A model generated the notes under the pieces. That model made no database searches. It saw nothing but the letters and a program-made list of their open reading frames with translations, and was not told where the DNA came from. The position numbers were made by a program, and so were the translations under genes. A stretch of DNA of 64,000 nt from Candidatus Binataceae bacterium (GTDB lineage: Bacteria > Desulfobacterota > Binatia > Binatales > Binataceae), in assembly GCA_963752805.1 (NCBI GenBank), contig CAVWAA010000008.1:594-64593 (forward strand). Reading direction: 5' to 3'. Below are positions 19,523 to 29,682 of this stretch, in pieces. Position 1 is the stretch's first letter; every line of letters starts with the position of its first letter.

Positions 19523-20348
19523 GTGTTTGAGATCCTGTTTGGGTTGCTATCCCTCGCGATCGGCGCCGGCTTCGTCGGGTCCATATCCGGTCTCGGCGGA
19601 GGCGTGTTCATCGTGCCAGCGCTTGTCATCTTAACTAAGATGCCCATGCGTATCGCGATCGGCGCGAGCCTGATCTCGGTCGTCGCAACCAGCGCCGGCG
19701 CGAGCGTCGCCTTCGTTCGTGACGGCTGGACCAATCTCAAGGTCGCGATGGTGCTTGAATGCGCGACCGTGACCGGCGCGATCGTGGGCGCTTATCTGGC
19801 AGGACGTGTCCCCACGTACGTGCTCGAAGGGCTATTCGCAGTAATGATGCTCCAGTCCGCCTACTTCTCGTTGATGAAGCATGACGAGACGCTCCTGGCC
19901 AAGGGCGGAGTGCTCGCGCGCAAGCTGCGCCTGGCGGGCGAGGTACCAGATGAATTGGGACGGCTGCAGCATTACGAGGTAATCAATCTACGCTATGGTG
20001 CCGTGCTGATGCTAATCGCAGGAGTGATGTCGGGACTGCTCGGGATCGGTTCCGGCGCGCTCAAAGTGATCGCCATGGACCAAGTGATGCACATCCCGCT
20101 AAAAGTTTCGAGCGCCACCAGCAACTTCATGATTGGCGTCACGGCGGGGCGGGTGCGCTGGTCTTCCTTTCCCGCGGCGACGTCTCAACCACGATTGCTG
20201 CGCCGGTTGCGCTCGGCGTGACGGTGGGGGCGCTCGCCGGCAGCCGCGTTCTTCCGCTGATCAGGGTCCAGTACCTGCGAACAGCGTTCGCGGCAATTCT
20301 GCTCCTGATCGCGGTCGAGATGGGCTGGCGCGCGTTTAGCGGAATTTG
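19523..20348 (+). pseudogene. TauE/SafE-family sulfite/anion exporter; one frameshift in a G-run
   Basis: ORF 19523..20221 reads ...FVGSISGLGGGVFIVPAL...SSATSNFMIGVTA and then loses similarity. The alternate frame from about 20146 reads GAGALVFLSRGDVSTTIAAPVALGVTVGALAGSRVLPLI...VEMGWRAFSGI, with a stop at 20346-20348. The switch lies within GCGGGGCGGG at 20141-20153. Confidence 0.8.
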
Positions 20349-20351
20349 ACA

Positions 20352-20771
20352 ATGGCAGAGTTGGCAAAAATCCCTCAAGACCCGGCCAGCGCAGAGGAGG
20401 ATCGCATCCTGCGTCTTTGGACGCCGATTCTGCTTCGCAGCATAGTCATTATGGCAATGACTGTGCTGATCGCTGGCTTGATACTAACCGCGACAACTGC
20501 GCCGCGCTATTTCGTAGACCGCTATCGGCAAGTTCAACTTGGCCATCTGATCGGTCGTGAGAGCCTTGCGACCATCCGATCCAACCTCCTCGCGGGCTCG
20601 CCGCATGCGATGTTGACGGTCGGCCTCTTTCTTCTGACTTTGGTGCCGCTCGCGCGCGTCACGTTCTGCCTGTTGCTGTTTCTCAAGAAGCGCGACTTCG
20701 CCTACGTCTGTTTCACCGCCTACGTCCTCGCCGGGTTGATTATCGGCTGTATACTCGGTCACATCGGTTAG
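20352..20771 (+). CDS. DUF1634-family membrane protein (usual TauE partner)
   Basis: It starts 4 nt after the reconstructed TauE stop. It is a small 3-4 TM protein (...ILLRSIVIMAMTVLIAGLIL...). Confidence 0.6.
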   Translation: MAELAKIPQDPASAEEDRILRLWTPILLRSIVIMAMTVLIAGLILTATTAPRYFVDRYRQVQLGHLIGRESLATIRSNLLAGSPHAMLTVGLFLLTLVPLARVTFCLLLFLKKRDFAYVCFTAYVLAGLIIGCILGHIG

Positions 20772-21218
20772 CTGCAAGACGCCACGCACCGGTAGGCGCA
20801 AGAACTAAATTCATCGCACGGCACGTGAGGTCCCAATGGCTTTAGATATGCCATTGTTCGCGGCGACCGACCAGCAATATAGCGTCGGACGCTATTGGGA
20901 TTTGGAGACCAGGAAACTATAACTATAACTGGGGACCAAGATAACCAACGGGCCTCCCCTACCTGCTCTTCCGACGCACCCGATTCACGCGGGGTTCGCT
21001 TTTTCTCGGCAACTCACACTCATCACGAGGGTTCGCATTTTCTCGATGGTACGGCGGGATGGGTGAATTCGCTCATCCGCAACCTGTTCCTCATATAGCC
21101 GTAACATTAATTTCCTAGCTTTTCGCGACAGTCCCGTCTGCACCGAATTGGCGCGGTGCAGGTGCAGCAGTGTGTGTAGAACTATCTTGTCCAACTTTTA
21201 GTGGGGAAAGGCATATCT

Positions 21219-21485
21219 ATGCTCAATAGTTTGTGCAGATTGATGCGATTGTCTGTCATCGGATGCATAGTGGCGATGCTCGCAGGATGCTCAATTAGCA
21301 ATCCCACGGACAATCCTTTTACTGTCAAGGCGAATGCTAATGGCAAGCCAACTGTCTGGGATTGTGCGATGGTGCAGATGAGTTCACCGCCAAGATACGC
21401 TTGCAGCGATAACAAGACCTACACAGCTTTCCAATTGCGTGATGCGAGGCTCGGTGTCGAGACGCCAAAGGTCGCCAGTAAATAA
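21219..21485 (+). CDS. small lipoprotein, function unknown
   Basis: MLNSLCRLMRLSVIGCIVAMLAGC is a signal peptide with an LAGC lipobox. Confidence 0.55.
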   Translation: MLNSLCRLMRLSVIGCIVAMLAGCSISNPTDNPFTVKANANGKPTVWDCAMVQMSSPPRYACSDNKTYTAFQLRDARLGVETPKVASK

Positions 21486-21600
21486 GCCGCGAAATGGCTG
21501 GGCATTTTGCAGAACCATTGCGGTCAATAGAGCCTGATGAGTAGCGGCGGTCACGGCGCCGCCGCTTGGGTGTTCTTGACAACAATCCGGGAGGAGCCTG

Positions 21601-23370
21601 ATGAAGGGTAAGTGGAAGATGGCCTTGGCGGCGGCGTGTTGGGCGCTGCTTTCGACTGCGCCACGGTTGCGGGCGCAGGACGCTTCTACGATTACGAAAG
21701 CGACTACGCTCTGGGTCGATCAGCGGACAGGGCAAGTCTTCATTCGTCCCGGACGGGGGCGCGTGCCGATGACAATTGGTTCTCGCGGTCGACGCGGCCA
21801 AAATTGAACAACAGGTGGAGGACAACACTAACGCCAAAGTCCAGGCGGCCGTGACGCAAGCTCAGGAAGAGCAGCGGCTGAAGGATGAGGAACTCGCCAA
21901 GAGAGTCACAGCGATGGAGCCTGCGTGGAAGAACTACTTGTCCAACTGGCAGGATAAGTTCCGCGTCGGTGCTTTGTTTTACGCTGATTACCGATTCTAT
22001 ACGCAATACCGGTTTCCAGCCTCAGGAATTAACCCAGCTCACCAATCTCGGGCCTGGCAACAACAACTGCAATTCTTTTGACGTAACCCGGACGTACCTT
22101 AATTTTTACTTTTTTCCGACCAAGGATTGGACGCTCCGCATTACGCCGAACCTCTACAAGACGATAGGTTCAGCCAATGATACAGTTGGACAGAACACTG
22201 GCTTCGGCAGTAATCTCGACGGGAATATGGGCATCCGCATCAAGTATGCGTACATCCAGTACAGCGACCTTTGGAAGGACGTGCCGATGATGAAAGGTGG
22301 CACGGTTACAATGGGTTCAATCCCCAACCCGTTCGTGGCTTGGGAGGAAGACCTTTACGGTTATCGCTTTGTCAACCTGACGCCGTGGAACTATCTCAGT
22401 CTTTCCTCGACGCAGCTGGGTATATCAATGGAAGGACCAATCAGGTTGGGAGGCGGTGAAACAACCTACCTCGATTATGGGTTAGGCGTGTACGATAACG
22501 GAAGCTTCCATGCCTTCGAGCAAACTGACACTAAACAGGTCATGGGGCGCCTGACCGCCTATCCATTTGGTGCTGACTGGCGATTCCAGGGCCTCGGACT
22601 GACCGGCTTCTATAACTATGGCTACGGAAACACCACGCCCGACACCGTGAACATACCCACCGCACTCAAGGCGAGTGACGCTCACATCGAGCGGATTGCG
22701 GCTCTGGTGCATTATTCGCAGCCGCTGTGGAACCTGGTTGGAGAGTTCGACTACGGGCAGAACGCGTTCAGCCTCGCCAACCTGTTTTCCGGCGCCGGAA
22801 CTCCGGATGCGTTTGGTACCGCGAGCGGGCCTTCAATTTCGGGCAACACCCTTGGCGACCAGCGCTTAACCGGCGCGCCTCCGACCGGCAAACTGTCGTG
22901 CAGCTCGACCGCCAACACTCCCCCGACTCCATGCTACAACGCGTTCGCCAGCTTCGGTCCTCAGACCGCGGTATATCGAGCGATTCTGCAAAACGGACGC
23001 GAGCGCAATATCGGGGTCGACTTCTTCGGGCACTTCAACATTCCCAATACGAAGCTCAGCGTGTTCGGCATGTTCCAGTGGTTCATGCCCAACGATAACA
23101 TCGCGGAGAATCCGCTGGACTTTCAGCGCTTCATTGCGGGAATCGCATATCAATATAACGAGTACCTACGATTCGCGATCGATAGTCAGAACTTCTCCTT
23201 CTACCATAACCAGTTCGGTATCCCGGTGGGAACCGCAGAGCGGATTTAATTACTCTGCCGGCAGCAGCTTCAACGGGCGCCAACTGCCGAGCGTGAAGAG
23301 CTTCGTGATTCCCAACCTGGTGCCGCGCGATACGCATTCGATCTTTGCGAATATTGAATTCGCATACTGA
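21601..23370 (+). pseudogene. outer-membrane beta-barrel porin with N-terminal coiled coil; three frame breaks
   Basis: GGGAGGAG precedes the ATG. The signal peptide is MKGKWKMALAAACWALLSTAPRLRAQD. The protein continues through ORFs 21776..22081 (coiled coil AAKIEQQVEDN...YADYRFYTQ), 21885..23249 (alternating beta-strand pattern) and 23134..23370, which ends ...THSIFANIEFAY, a typical aromatic barrel terminus. Frame switches lie at about 21770-21780, 22000-22012 and 23228-23245. Confidence 0.7.
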
Positions 23371-23394
23371 GTAATCTCGGAGTTCAACATATTC

Positions 23395-23436
23395 AACGGC
23401 GCGCCGCCTCATATGGGCAGCGCGCCGTTTGTTTTA
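23395..23436 (+). terminator. rho-independent terminator after the porin gene
   Basis: AACGGCGCGC (23395-23404), a 15-nt loop, then GCGCGCCGTT (23420-23429), followed by TGTTTTA. Confidence 0.7.
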
Positions 23437-23477
23437 GTGGTGAGATTTTAGCGGGCAGCTCGCAGACAGGCTCGGCG

Positions 23478-24254
23478 TCAGAACTTGTCCTTAAGCTCGC
23501 GGGCTTTCGCGAATATCGCAACTTTGTCGTCAGCCAACGTGGGGGCGAGCTTCTTTAGACTGGCACGCAGTTCGGGACTGTCGGTGCGGAGAAAAGGGTT
23601 GAATTGCTTCTCGTCGCCAATCGTTGACGGAATCGTATACTTGCCTTCGGCCCTTATGTTCCGCGCCCATTCGTACTTACTCTTGAGCGCCTGATTATTC
23701 GGCTCGAGTGTCAGCGCGAAGCGCAGGTTCTTTTCGGTGTACTCGTGACCGCAATAGACCTGTGTCGTCTCCGGCAGCGCAGCGAGCTTGGCCAATGAAT
23801 CGACCATTGTCTGCGCCCGGCCTTCGAATACGCGGCCGCATCCGGCGATAAACAGAGTATCGCCCGTAAAAACCGCGTTCAGTTCGGGGAAAAAGTATGC
23901 GACATGGCCGTTGGTATGCGCCGGAATTCCGATCACGCGGCCTTTGAGCGAGGCCACCTCCACAGTGTCGCCGTCGTCAACTGCATCAGTCTGGGCGGGA
24001 ATTCGGCCGTGCTCGCCGCGTGCTCCATAAACCCGCAGTCCGGGAATTGCGCGCACCAGGTCCTCATTGCCCCCCACGTGGTCGAAATGCCAATGCGTCG
24101 GCAACACGGTGATAAGTTGAAGGCCGCGCCGGTTCACTTCTGCCAGGACCTTGTCGGCTTCAGCGCAATCGACCACGCCGCACTGCTTGCTCGCATCGTC
24201 AACCACCAGGTAGGCGTAATTGTCCGAAAGTTGGGGCACCGGAATGATTGCCAT
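23478..24254 (-). CDS. gloB: hydroxyacylglutathione hydrolase (glyoxalase II, MBL fold)
   Basis: It has THWHFDHVGG, the HxHxDH metal motif. It also has ...GHEYT... and a C-terminal NPFLR segment. Confidence 0.9.
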   Translation of the reverse strand: MAIIPVPQLSDNYAYLVVDDASKQCGVVDCAEADKVLAEVNRRGLQLITVLPTHWHFDHVGGNEDLVRAIPGLRVYGARGEHGRIPAQTDAVDDGDTVEVASLKGRVIGIPAHTNGHVAYFFPELNAVFTGDTLFIAGCGRVFEGRAQTMVDSLAKLAALPETTQVYCGHEYTEKNLRFALTLEPNNQALKSKYEWARNIRAEGKYTIPSTIGDEKQFNPFLRTDSPELRASLKKLAPTLADDKVAIFAKARELKDKF

Positions 24255-24310
24255 CAGCTAACTCCGTGTTTGTTGTCTGCCCGCCCCTAGAGGGGAGGTC
24301 ATCTAAAGCC

Positions 24311-24550
24311 TCATGCCACGTCACCGCCTGCGACACGGCGTTCCGGCGGAGTGTGATAAACCGCACCTTCCAACCGCGACACCGCGATGGTCAGCGATTC
24401 GATCTTGCCGCTGAATTTCTCGTCGAGGCGGTCGATACGACTGTGCAATTCGCGGAGACTCGCTACTATCCACACAAAAAACGCCGCGTCGCTCATAATG
24501 AGCATCGTGGCTAAGCCGCCGATGATTTGCTGGTTGCTGAATCCGTTCAT
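24311..24550 (-). CDS. small membrane/coiled-coil protein, function unknown
   Basis: Its start overlaps the fabI stop (TAATG), which suggests translational coupling. It has one TM (GGLATMLIMSDAAFFVWIVA) followed by a heptad-like helix. Confidence 0.5.
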   Translation of the reverse strand: MNGFSNQQIIGGLATMLIMSDAAFFVWIVASLRELHSRIDRLDEKFSGKIESLTIAVSRLEGAVYHTPPERRVAGGDVA

Positions 24551-25320
24551 TAGCCAACCACATTGTAGCCCATATCGACGTAGACTGTCTGGCCGGTAAC
24601 GCCGCTTGCGAGATCGCTGAGCAACGCCGCCGCCATCCGCCCGACCTCTTCGGGCCGCATCGCGCGCCTGAGCGGGGATCGCTGCTCGACTTCGTGCGCC
24701 ATCGCATGAAAATCACGGATCGCGGCGGAGGCGAGGGTGCGCGCCGGAGCCGCGCTGAGCGCATTCACGCGGATATTGCGCCCGCCGAGATCGAGTGCAA
24801 GATAGCGCACGCAGGCTTCGAGCGCAGCTTTTGCCACGCCCATCACATTATAATTTGGAATCGCGCGCACCGCCCCGAGGTAGCTCATAGTTATGATTGA
24901 GCCGCCGCCGCGCGCTTCCATCAGCGGTTCTGCAGCGCGTGCCAGCGCGACCAGCGAATAAGCGCTAATCTCTAACGCCCGGGCGAAGTTCGTCCGGTTA
25001 ACATTGAGGAAGCGATCGCGCAGGTCTTCTCGTTCGGCATAGGCCACCGCATGCACCATCATGTCGAGCCCGCCCCATAGCTCCCCAAGCTTAGCGAACA
25101 GGGCTTCGATCTGGGCATCCGCGGTAACATCGAGTTCACCGGCTACAGTTGCGCCAAGCTGCGCCGCCAATGGCCTGACGCGTTTTTCGAGCACCTCCCC
25201 CTGGTAAGTGAGTGCGACTTCGGCCCCCTGCGCTTTCAACTCCTGTGCGATCGCCCAGGCGAGACTTTTCTCGTTTGCGACACCGATAACCAGGGCGCGC
25301 TTACCGTCTGCGATTCCCAT
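24550..25320 (-). CDS. fabI: enoyl-ACP reductase (NADH) FabI
   Basis: The sequence reads GKRALVIGVANEKSLAWAIA...SYLGAVRAIPNYNVMGVAKAALE...IRVNALSAAP. Confidence 0.9.
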   Translation of the reverse strand: MGIADGKRALVIGVANEKSLAWAIAQELKAQGAEVALTYQGEVLEKRVRPLAAQLGATVAGELDVTADAQIEALFAKLGELWGGLDMMVHAVAYAEREDLRDRFLNVNRTNFARALEISAYSLVALARAAEPLMEARGGGSIITMSYLGAVRAIPNYNVMGVAKAALEACVRYLALDLGGRNIRVNALSAAPARTLASAAIRDFHAMAHEVEQRSPLRRAMRPEEVGRMAAALLSDLASGVTGQTVYVDMGYNVVG

Positions 25321-25380
25321 TCAGCATGACTCCTCGTGCAAGGCCGTCCCTCCGCGCAGCAGGCGAATAAACCGGGAATG

Positions 25381-26454
25381 CTAGCGGCGAAGCTCGTACA
25401 GGGCCGAGAATGCATCCTTGACCGGCAGCCGCTGAAATCGCGTGAATCCGGCGTCACGGGCAAGTTCACGCGCCTTGGCCTCACCCATCAATGCGCCGAT
25501 TCCTGCACCGTCGTGCGCGAGTGACACCGTCATACAATAGAGCGTGCTCGCGGCGTACATCATCCGGCCCATCGGATTGATATTATCTTCGACGCGATTC
25601 GAAGCGTTAACCTCGACCATCAGGCAGGTGCCGTCCGGCTTCAGCGCGCCGCGAATCGATTTGAGCAAGCCGGCCGGGTCAACGGAATCGTGGACGACGT
25701 CGAACACCGATATGAAATCGAATCGATCTGCGGGGAGACGGGTGCAATCGACGACATCGAAGCTGACCCGTTCGGCAACGCCAGCGGCTTTGGCGTTCGC
25801 CCGCGCACGCTCGATTGAGCCGGGATGCGCGTCGTAGCCATGCACAAGCGCCTTGGGAAACGCGCTTGCGATAGTGATTACCGCCCGTCCGCTGCCACAG
25901 CCCACGTCCAGGGCTTCGCCACCATTATTAAGGCACTCCACCACCTGCGGCATTGCCGGCAGCCATTTCCGCAGCAGGCTGTGGCGGTACATGGGGGCGG
26001 AGCTTCGCTCGATCGCCTCGAATACTTCAGACGGATATTCGCTTTGCGGGACACCGCGGCCGGTGCGAAAGGATTGCATCAGTTTCGGCGCCATGGCCAC
26101 TTCCGGCACGACCATCTGCATGAAGCCGCCCATGTAAAACGGCGAATTCTCATCAGCCAGCACCATCGCATGTTCGCGTGGCATCGAATAGCGCGCGCTC
26201 GCCGGGTCATACTCGATGTATTTCGCCGCGGTCATCGCGCCAAGCCATTCGCGCAGATAACGTTCGTTGAGACCGGTGTTCGCCGCCAGTTCCGCGCTCG
26301 TTACAGGGCCGGCATTTGCCAGCACCTGAAAGATTCCCAGGCGGTCACCAATATAGGATAGAGCGCCCTGCAAGGCAGCGCCCAGATCATTTGTCATCAG
26401 CCCGGCGAAAGCCTTCACCTTGTCCCAATCGAGCGATGTGGTTTGATCGGCCAT
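25381..26454 (-). CDS. class I SAM-dependent methyltransferase with N-terminal winged-helix-like domain (Rv2258c-like)
   Basis: It has the SAM motif LDVGCGSGRAV. The N-terminal region ...LGIFQVLANAGPVTSAELAANTGLNERYLREWL looks like an HTH dimerisation domain. Confidence 0.8.
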   Translation of the reverse strand: MADQTTSLDWDKVKAFAGLMTNDLGAALQGALSYIGDRLGIFQVLANAGPVTSAELAANTGLNERYLREWLGAMTAAKYIEYDPASARYSMPREHAMVLADENSPFYMGGFMQMVVPEVAMAPKLMQSFRTGRGVPQSEYPSEVFEAIERSSAPMYRHSLLRKWLPAMPQVVECLNNGGEALDVGCGSGRAVITIASAFPKALVHGYDAHPGSIERARANAKAAGVAERVSFDVVDCTRLPADRFDFISVFDVVHDSVDPAGLLKSIRGALKPDGTCLMVEVNASNRVEDNINPMGRMMYAASTLYCMTVSLAHDGAGIGALMGEAKARELARDAGFTRFQRLPVKDAFSALYELRR

Positions 26455-26655
26455 GGTAATCCCCTTACGCCTTCAAGGTGGGCGCGTCGAACGCCGCTGC
26501 GGCAGGAATCTCTATGAACCCGCTGCCGCAAACCGGCGGCCCCGCGCCCCGGTTATCCAAACGAGTGCGCGCAACTTTCACTAGCAGATTTTGCGATGAT
26601 GCGGCTACTTCGGTGGCCTTTTTCACCATCCATAAGGTGACGCCCTACGCGGCGA

Positions 26656-28968
26656 TTAGAACTTTTTGAAGACCGGGAACAATTCCTGCTGGACCGGTAC
26701 GTTTTCCATCTGCTCCATTTCGGCGGGAGCGAAAAGCCCGTCGCGCCGCGCAAACGCCCTGAACTTTTCGTACAAGTCGGCGAGCTTCGCCTGATAATAT
26801 CCAATGTTTTCGTCCGGTCGGTTGAAGTTGTACTCGGCCGCCATCTTCGCCGCAGCCGCGACTCTGACGTTGGCGCCACGGCCGCTGACGTAATATGAAA
26901 TCTGATCGCCGCTTAGGTATGGCCGTGAGGCCTTCAGCGCCAGCTCGTAAGCAGCCGCGACATTACGCCGCCCGCTGCTGAGTTTATCGCGATAGATTTC
27001 GGGCGAATCCTGCAGCGTCTCGGTCTTCATCAGTTCAGCGATACCGAGTTCATGGCGAGCGAGACGGCCAAGATAATCTTCGTAAAGCCGTTCGAGTTGG
27101 TCACGGCGGCCGCTCAGCAGCAACCCGAACATCTCTTCCATAAAGCGCCGCTGGAAGCGCTCGAGCCCGCGCGATTTAAGGCCTGAGCCGCGAATCGTGA
27201 TCTCGCCGCTTTCATCGAGCAGCACATAATTTTTCATTTTGTAGCTGAACATGGCGGGATAGCGCCCGTCAATTTCCAGCCGGATTCCTGACGGCATCCA
27301 CGCGCCGATCTGCTCGATCAGCTTCAGTGCGGCACTCTCATCTTCAAACGGGAACGGCGCCACGAAATAGATCCCATCGGTATCGACCTCGACCACCAGC
27401 GCGCCCCGATTTTCGAGCTCGACGATCGCGCGCTGGATCAATTCACGGCCGCGGCGGGTGACAGTGTTGGCCTGCTCAAAATCGTTGAAATGACCCAGGG
27501 AAAAACCCAGGTAGCCGTAAAAGGAATTGATCAGAATTTTGAAGGTCTGCTGAAGCGCCTCCATATTGCGTTTTTCGAGGCCAGTGAGTTCGCGCACCGC
27601 GGTCTTGGCCTGGACACGAAAACTGCGCAAATCGCCGAGGATTCGCAAAAATACGCCGAGATGATCGTTGCCCGGTTGATGCCGCCCCTCGAGCATCAGC
27701 GACGGGTACAGCGAGGTCACGTCGCAATGCAGTACGTTGCGGGCGACTCCGCAGCGGCGGATTTCGGTATAGCCGCCGGCCACTTCGCGCGGCTCGCTCG
27801 GGGATGGGATCGAATGGCCGGCTGCGAGATACGCGCGCATCAGCAACGCATCGATTTTGGTGGCGTTTCCGCGGAGCATAGTGCTCTGGTACGAATAAGG
27901 GAAAATCTGCGCCTGCACGAAATAGCTGGGCGAAAGCATCTCCGCCAGGGCCCCGGCCTCGCGTGCGTCATCGAGCGCATAAGCCAACAATTCGTCGGCG
28001 CGATGGTCGAAATAATCGCTCACCTTTGCCGCGTCGATGTAGACACGGTCACGGCGGACGACTCCGAAATGCTGGGCCAACTCCTTGAGCCCGAAGCCCT
28101 CCAGTTCGCGGCTGGCGATATCGTAATGCTGGGCCAGCAGCCAGGTATCAACGATACTGCGGCCATACACGTCGTAGCGCCGATAGGCGATAACTCGCTC
28201 GGCGATCTGTATCCGCGATGGACGCGCGCGAAGCGCAGAGCCATCACGGCCTAACGCCAGCACAATCCGATGACGCTCAGCGCGAGCTTCGAGATATTCG
28301 AGGTCGAAGCGAAAAAGATTATGCCCCTCGATAACATCAGGGTCGCGGGCGCGCACGATGCGGACCAACTCCGCCAACATCGTCCGCTCGTCCATATGTT
28401 GGCCTGACAGCACGCATTCGAAACCGTCGGAATCGGTCAGCGCCACCGCAATAATACGGTCACCCTCCCGCGCCGCTGAAGGAAATTCAAAGCCGTCGCT
28501 GATATAGGTCTCAATATCGAGCTGCATGCGGCGCAGATCACCGAATTGCATGCCCATAAAATAAGTGGTGCCGCTTAACATCAGGTATTGTTCGACGGGG
28601 TCAGCCAGGATCAGGTATGGAGCATCCGATGCACCGGGCGCCTTACCGGTGACGCGGCGCAGATGGCGGCGGACAGCATCGAGTACGTCGAGCGTATCGA
28701 AATACGCTATAAATCGCAGCGGAAAAGTGCCCCGCAATTCGGCCACGTGATCAGCGCCGCGGACTCCCGTCAGGAGTTCACGGTCGGCGAGCAGCCCAAA
28801 GAGCGAGAGCGAGTGACGTTCCCGGCGCAGTTCGCCTTTAATTCGCCTTAGGACCTCGACTTCCCTTCGTGAGGCGATTTCGACCGCGACGACTCCGTCG
28901 TCCGCCGGGTCCCCAAACAACAGCCGATTGCCATAGAACTGCGCGCAAATTTCCTCGTATGGGTTCAT
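26656..28968 (-). CDS. polB: family-B DNA polymerase (Pol II type)
   Basis: Exonuclease motifs are LDIETY, HNLFRFDLEYL and YALDDA. Polymerase motifs are A (DVTSLYPS), B (KILINSFYGYLG) and C (VDTDGIYF). It is 770 aa. Confidence 0.9.
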   Translation of the reverse strand: MNPYEEICAQFYGNRLLFGDPADDGVVAVEIASRREVEVLRRIKGELRRERHSLSLFGLLADRELLTGVRGADHVAELRGTFPLRFIAYFDTLDVLDAVRRHLRRVTGKAPGASDAPYLILADPVEQYLMLSGTTYFMGMQFGDLRRMQLDIETYISDGFEFPSAAREGDRIIAVALTDSDGFECVLSGQHMDERTMLAELVRIVRARDPDVIEGHNLFRFDLEYLEARAERHRIVLALGRDGSALRARPSRIQIAERVIAYRRYDVYGRSIVDTWLLAQHYDIASRELEGFGLKELAQHFGVVRRDRVYIDAAKVSDYFDHRADELLAYALDDAREAGALAEMLSPSYFVQAQIFPYSYQSTMLRGNATKIDALLMRAYLAAGHSIPSPSEPREVAGGYTEIRRCGVARNVLHCDVTSLYPSLMLEGRHQPGNDHLGVFLRILGDLRSFRVQAKTAVRELTGLEKRNMEALQQTFKILINSFYGYLGFSLGHFNDFEQANTVTRRGRELIQRAIVELENRGALVVEVDTDGIYFVAPFPFEDESAALKLIEQIGAWMPSGIRLEIDGRYPAMFSYKMKNYVLLDESGEITIRGSGLKSRGLERFQRRFMEEMFGLLLSGRRDQLERLYEDYLGRLARHELGIAELMKTETLQDSPEIYRDKLSSGRRNVAAAYELALKASRPYLSGDQISYYVSGRGANVRVAAAAKMAAEYNFNRPDENIGYYQAKLADLYEKFRAFARRDGLFAPAEMEQMENVPVQQELFPVFKKF

Positions 28969-29549
28969 GACTCGCGTCTCGGACTGAATTCTCCTCGACT
29001 GGCGAAGATGCTACAACGACCGGCCAAAACTCCCAGGCTGCCTACCGCTAAATGAGCATTTCAAGGCGAATTTAAGGCTGAAAGCAGGAGTGCCCAGCGC
29101 GCGGGTTGGGCATCTCTAACTCGATGACGCACGTCGCTGTCCAAGCTGCGGAGCTATGGGACGTGATCAGCCCCTTGGTCAGGGGGAGGTTTTACGAATT
29201 GCGTGCTACAAGAGGCCGCGTACCGCTGCGCCCGGCGAGCCCCAGGCACGCATTTTGATCGTGACTTGATTGTGAATTTTTGAGTGCAGGGTTTTCGAGG
29301 AGAGGCGCGATTACAACCAAGTTAGTGGCAAATCCCAGCGAGTCATGGAAATCGATTCTCACTCCGCCAAAATCGTTGTTATAATTGAATTGGTAGCAGC
29401 GTCTAAGGCGCATAGAGGATAGTCGGTTTGACTTTGTACGAGTATTTTCCTAGCCTTTAATCCTTTGCCAGCTTTCCTTCTGTGTCGGCAAGTCCGACCG
29501 GTCGTGTCGTCAAGTGTGCCCAGGCGGTTATCGCGTAGCCGTCCTGCGA

Positions 29550-29571
29550 GGCCGCGGCTGCGCGGCCTTTT
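29550..29571 (+). terminator. short GC hairpin + T4 in the rpoD upstream region (terminator/attenuator-like)
   Basis: GGCCGCG (29550-29556), loop GCTG, CGCGGCC (29561-29567), then TTTT (29568-29571). It lies 111 nt before the rpoD ATG. Confidence 0.35.
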
Positions 29572-29682
29572 ATGCCGACCGAACCGGAAGAAGCATGCCG
29601 GGCGGAATATTCATGCGCTGCACACCTCGCGCAGGACAGGCCAGAAAGCGCCTCAACGGCGCATCGAGTCAGTGAAACAAGC

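Noticed and set aside
20985-21194. A 69-aa ORF with a vaguely sigma-70 region-4 or recombinase-like stretch (LMLRLYEEQVADERIHPSRRTIEKMRTL)
   Set aside because: The similarity is too weak and short. There is no start context or neighbouring mobile-element genes. It might be an old fragment, but I cannot support that.
27490-28254. Long antisense ORFs inside polB. The same applies at 14661-15407, 25825-26361, 38913-39524, 42832-43380 and 61929-62528.
   Set aside because: These are typical stop-poor shadow frames of GC-rich genes. The opposite strand carries complete, motif-bearing proteins in every case.
29192-29413. A 73-aa ORF in the AT-rich polB-rpoD intergenic region
   Set aside because: It has no ribosome-binding site, no recognisable family, and a composition unlike the surrounding genes.
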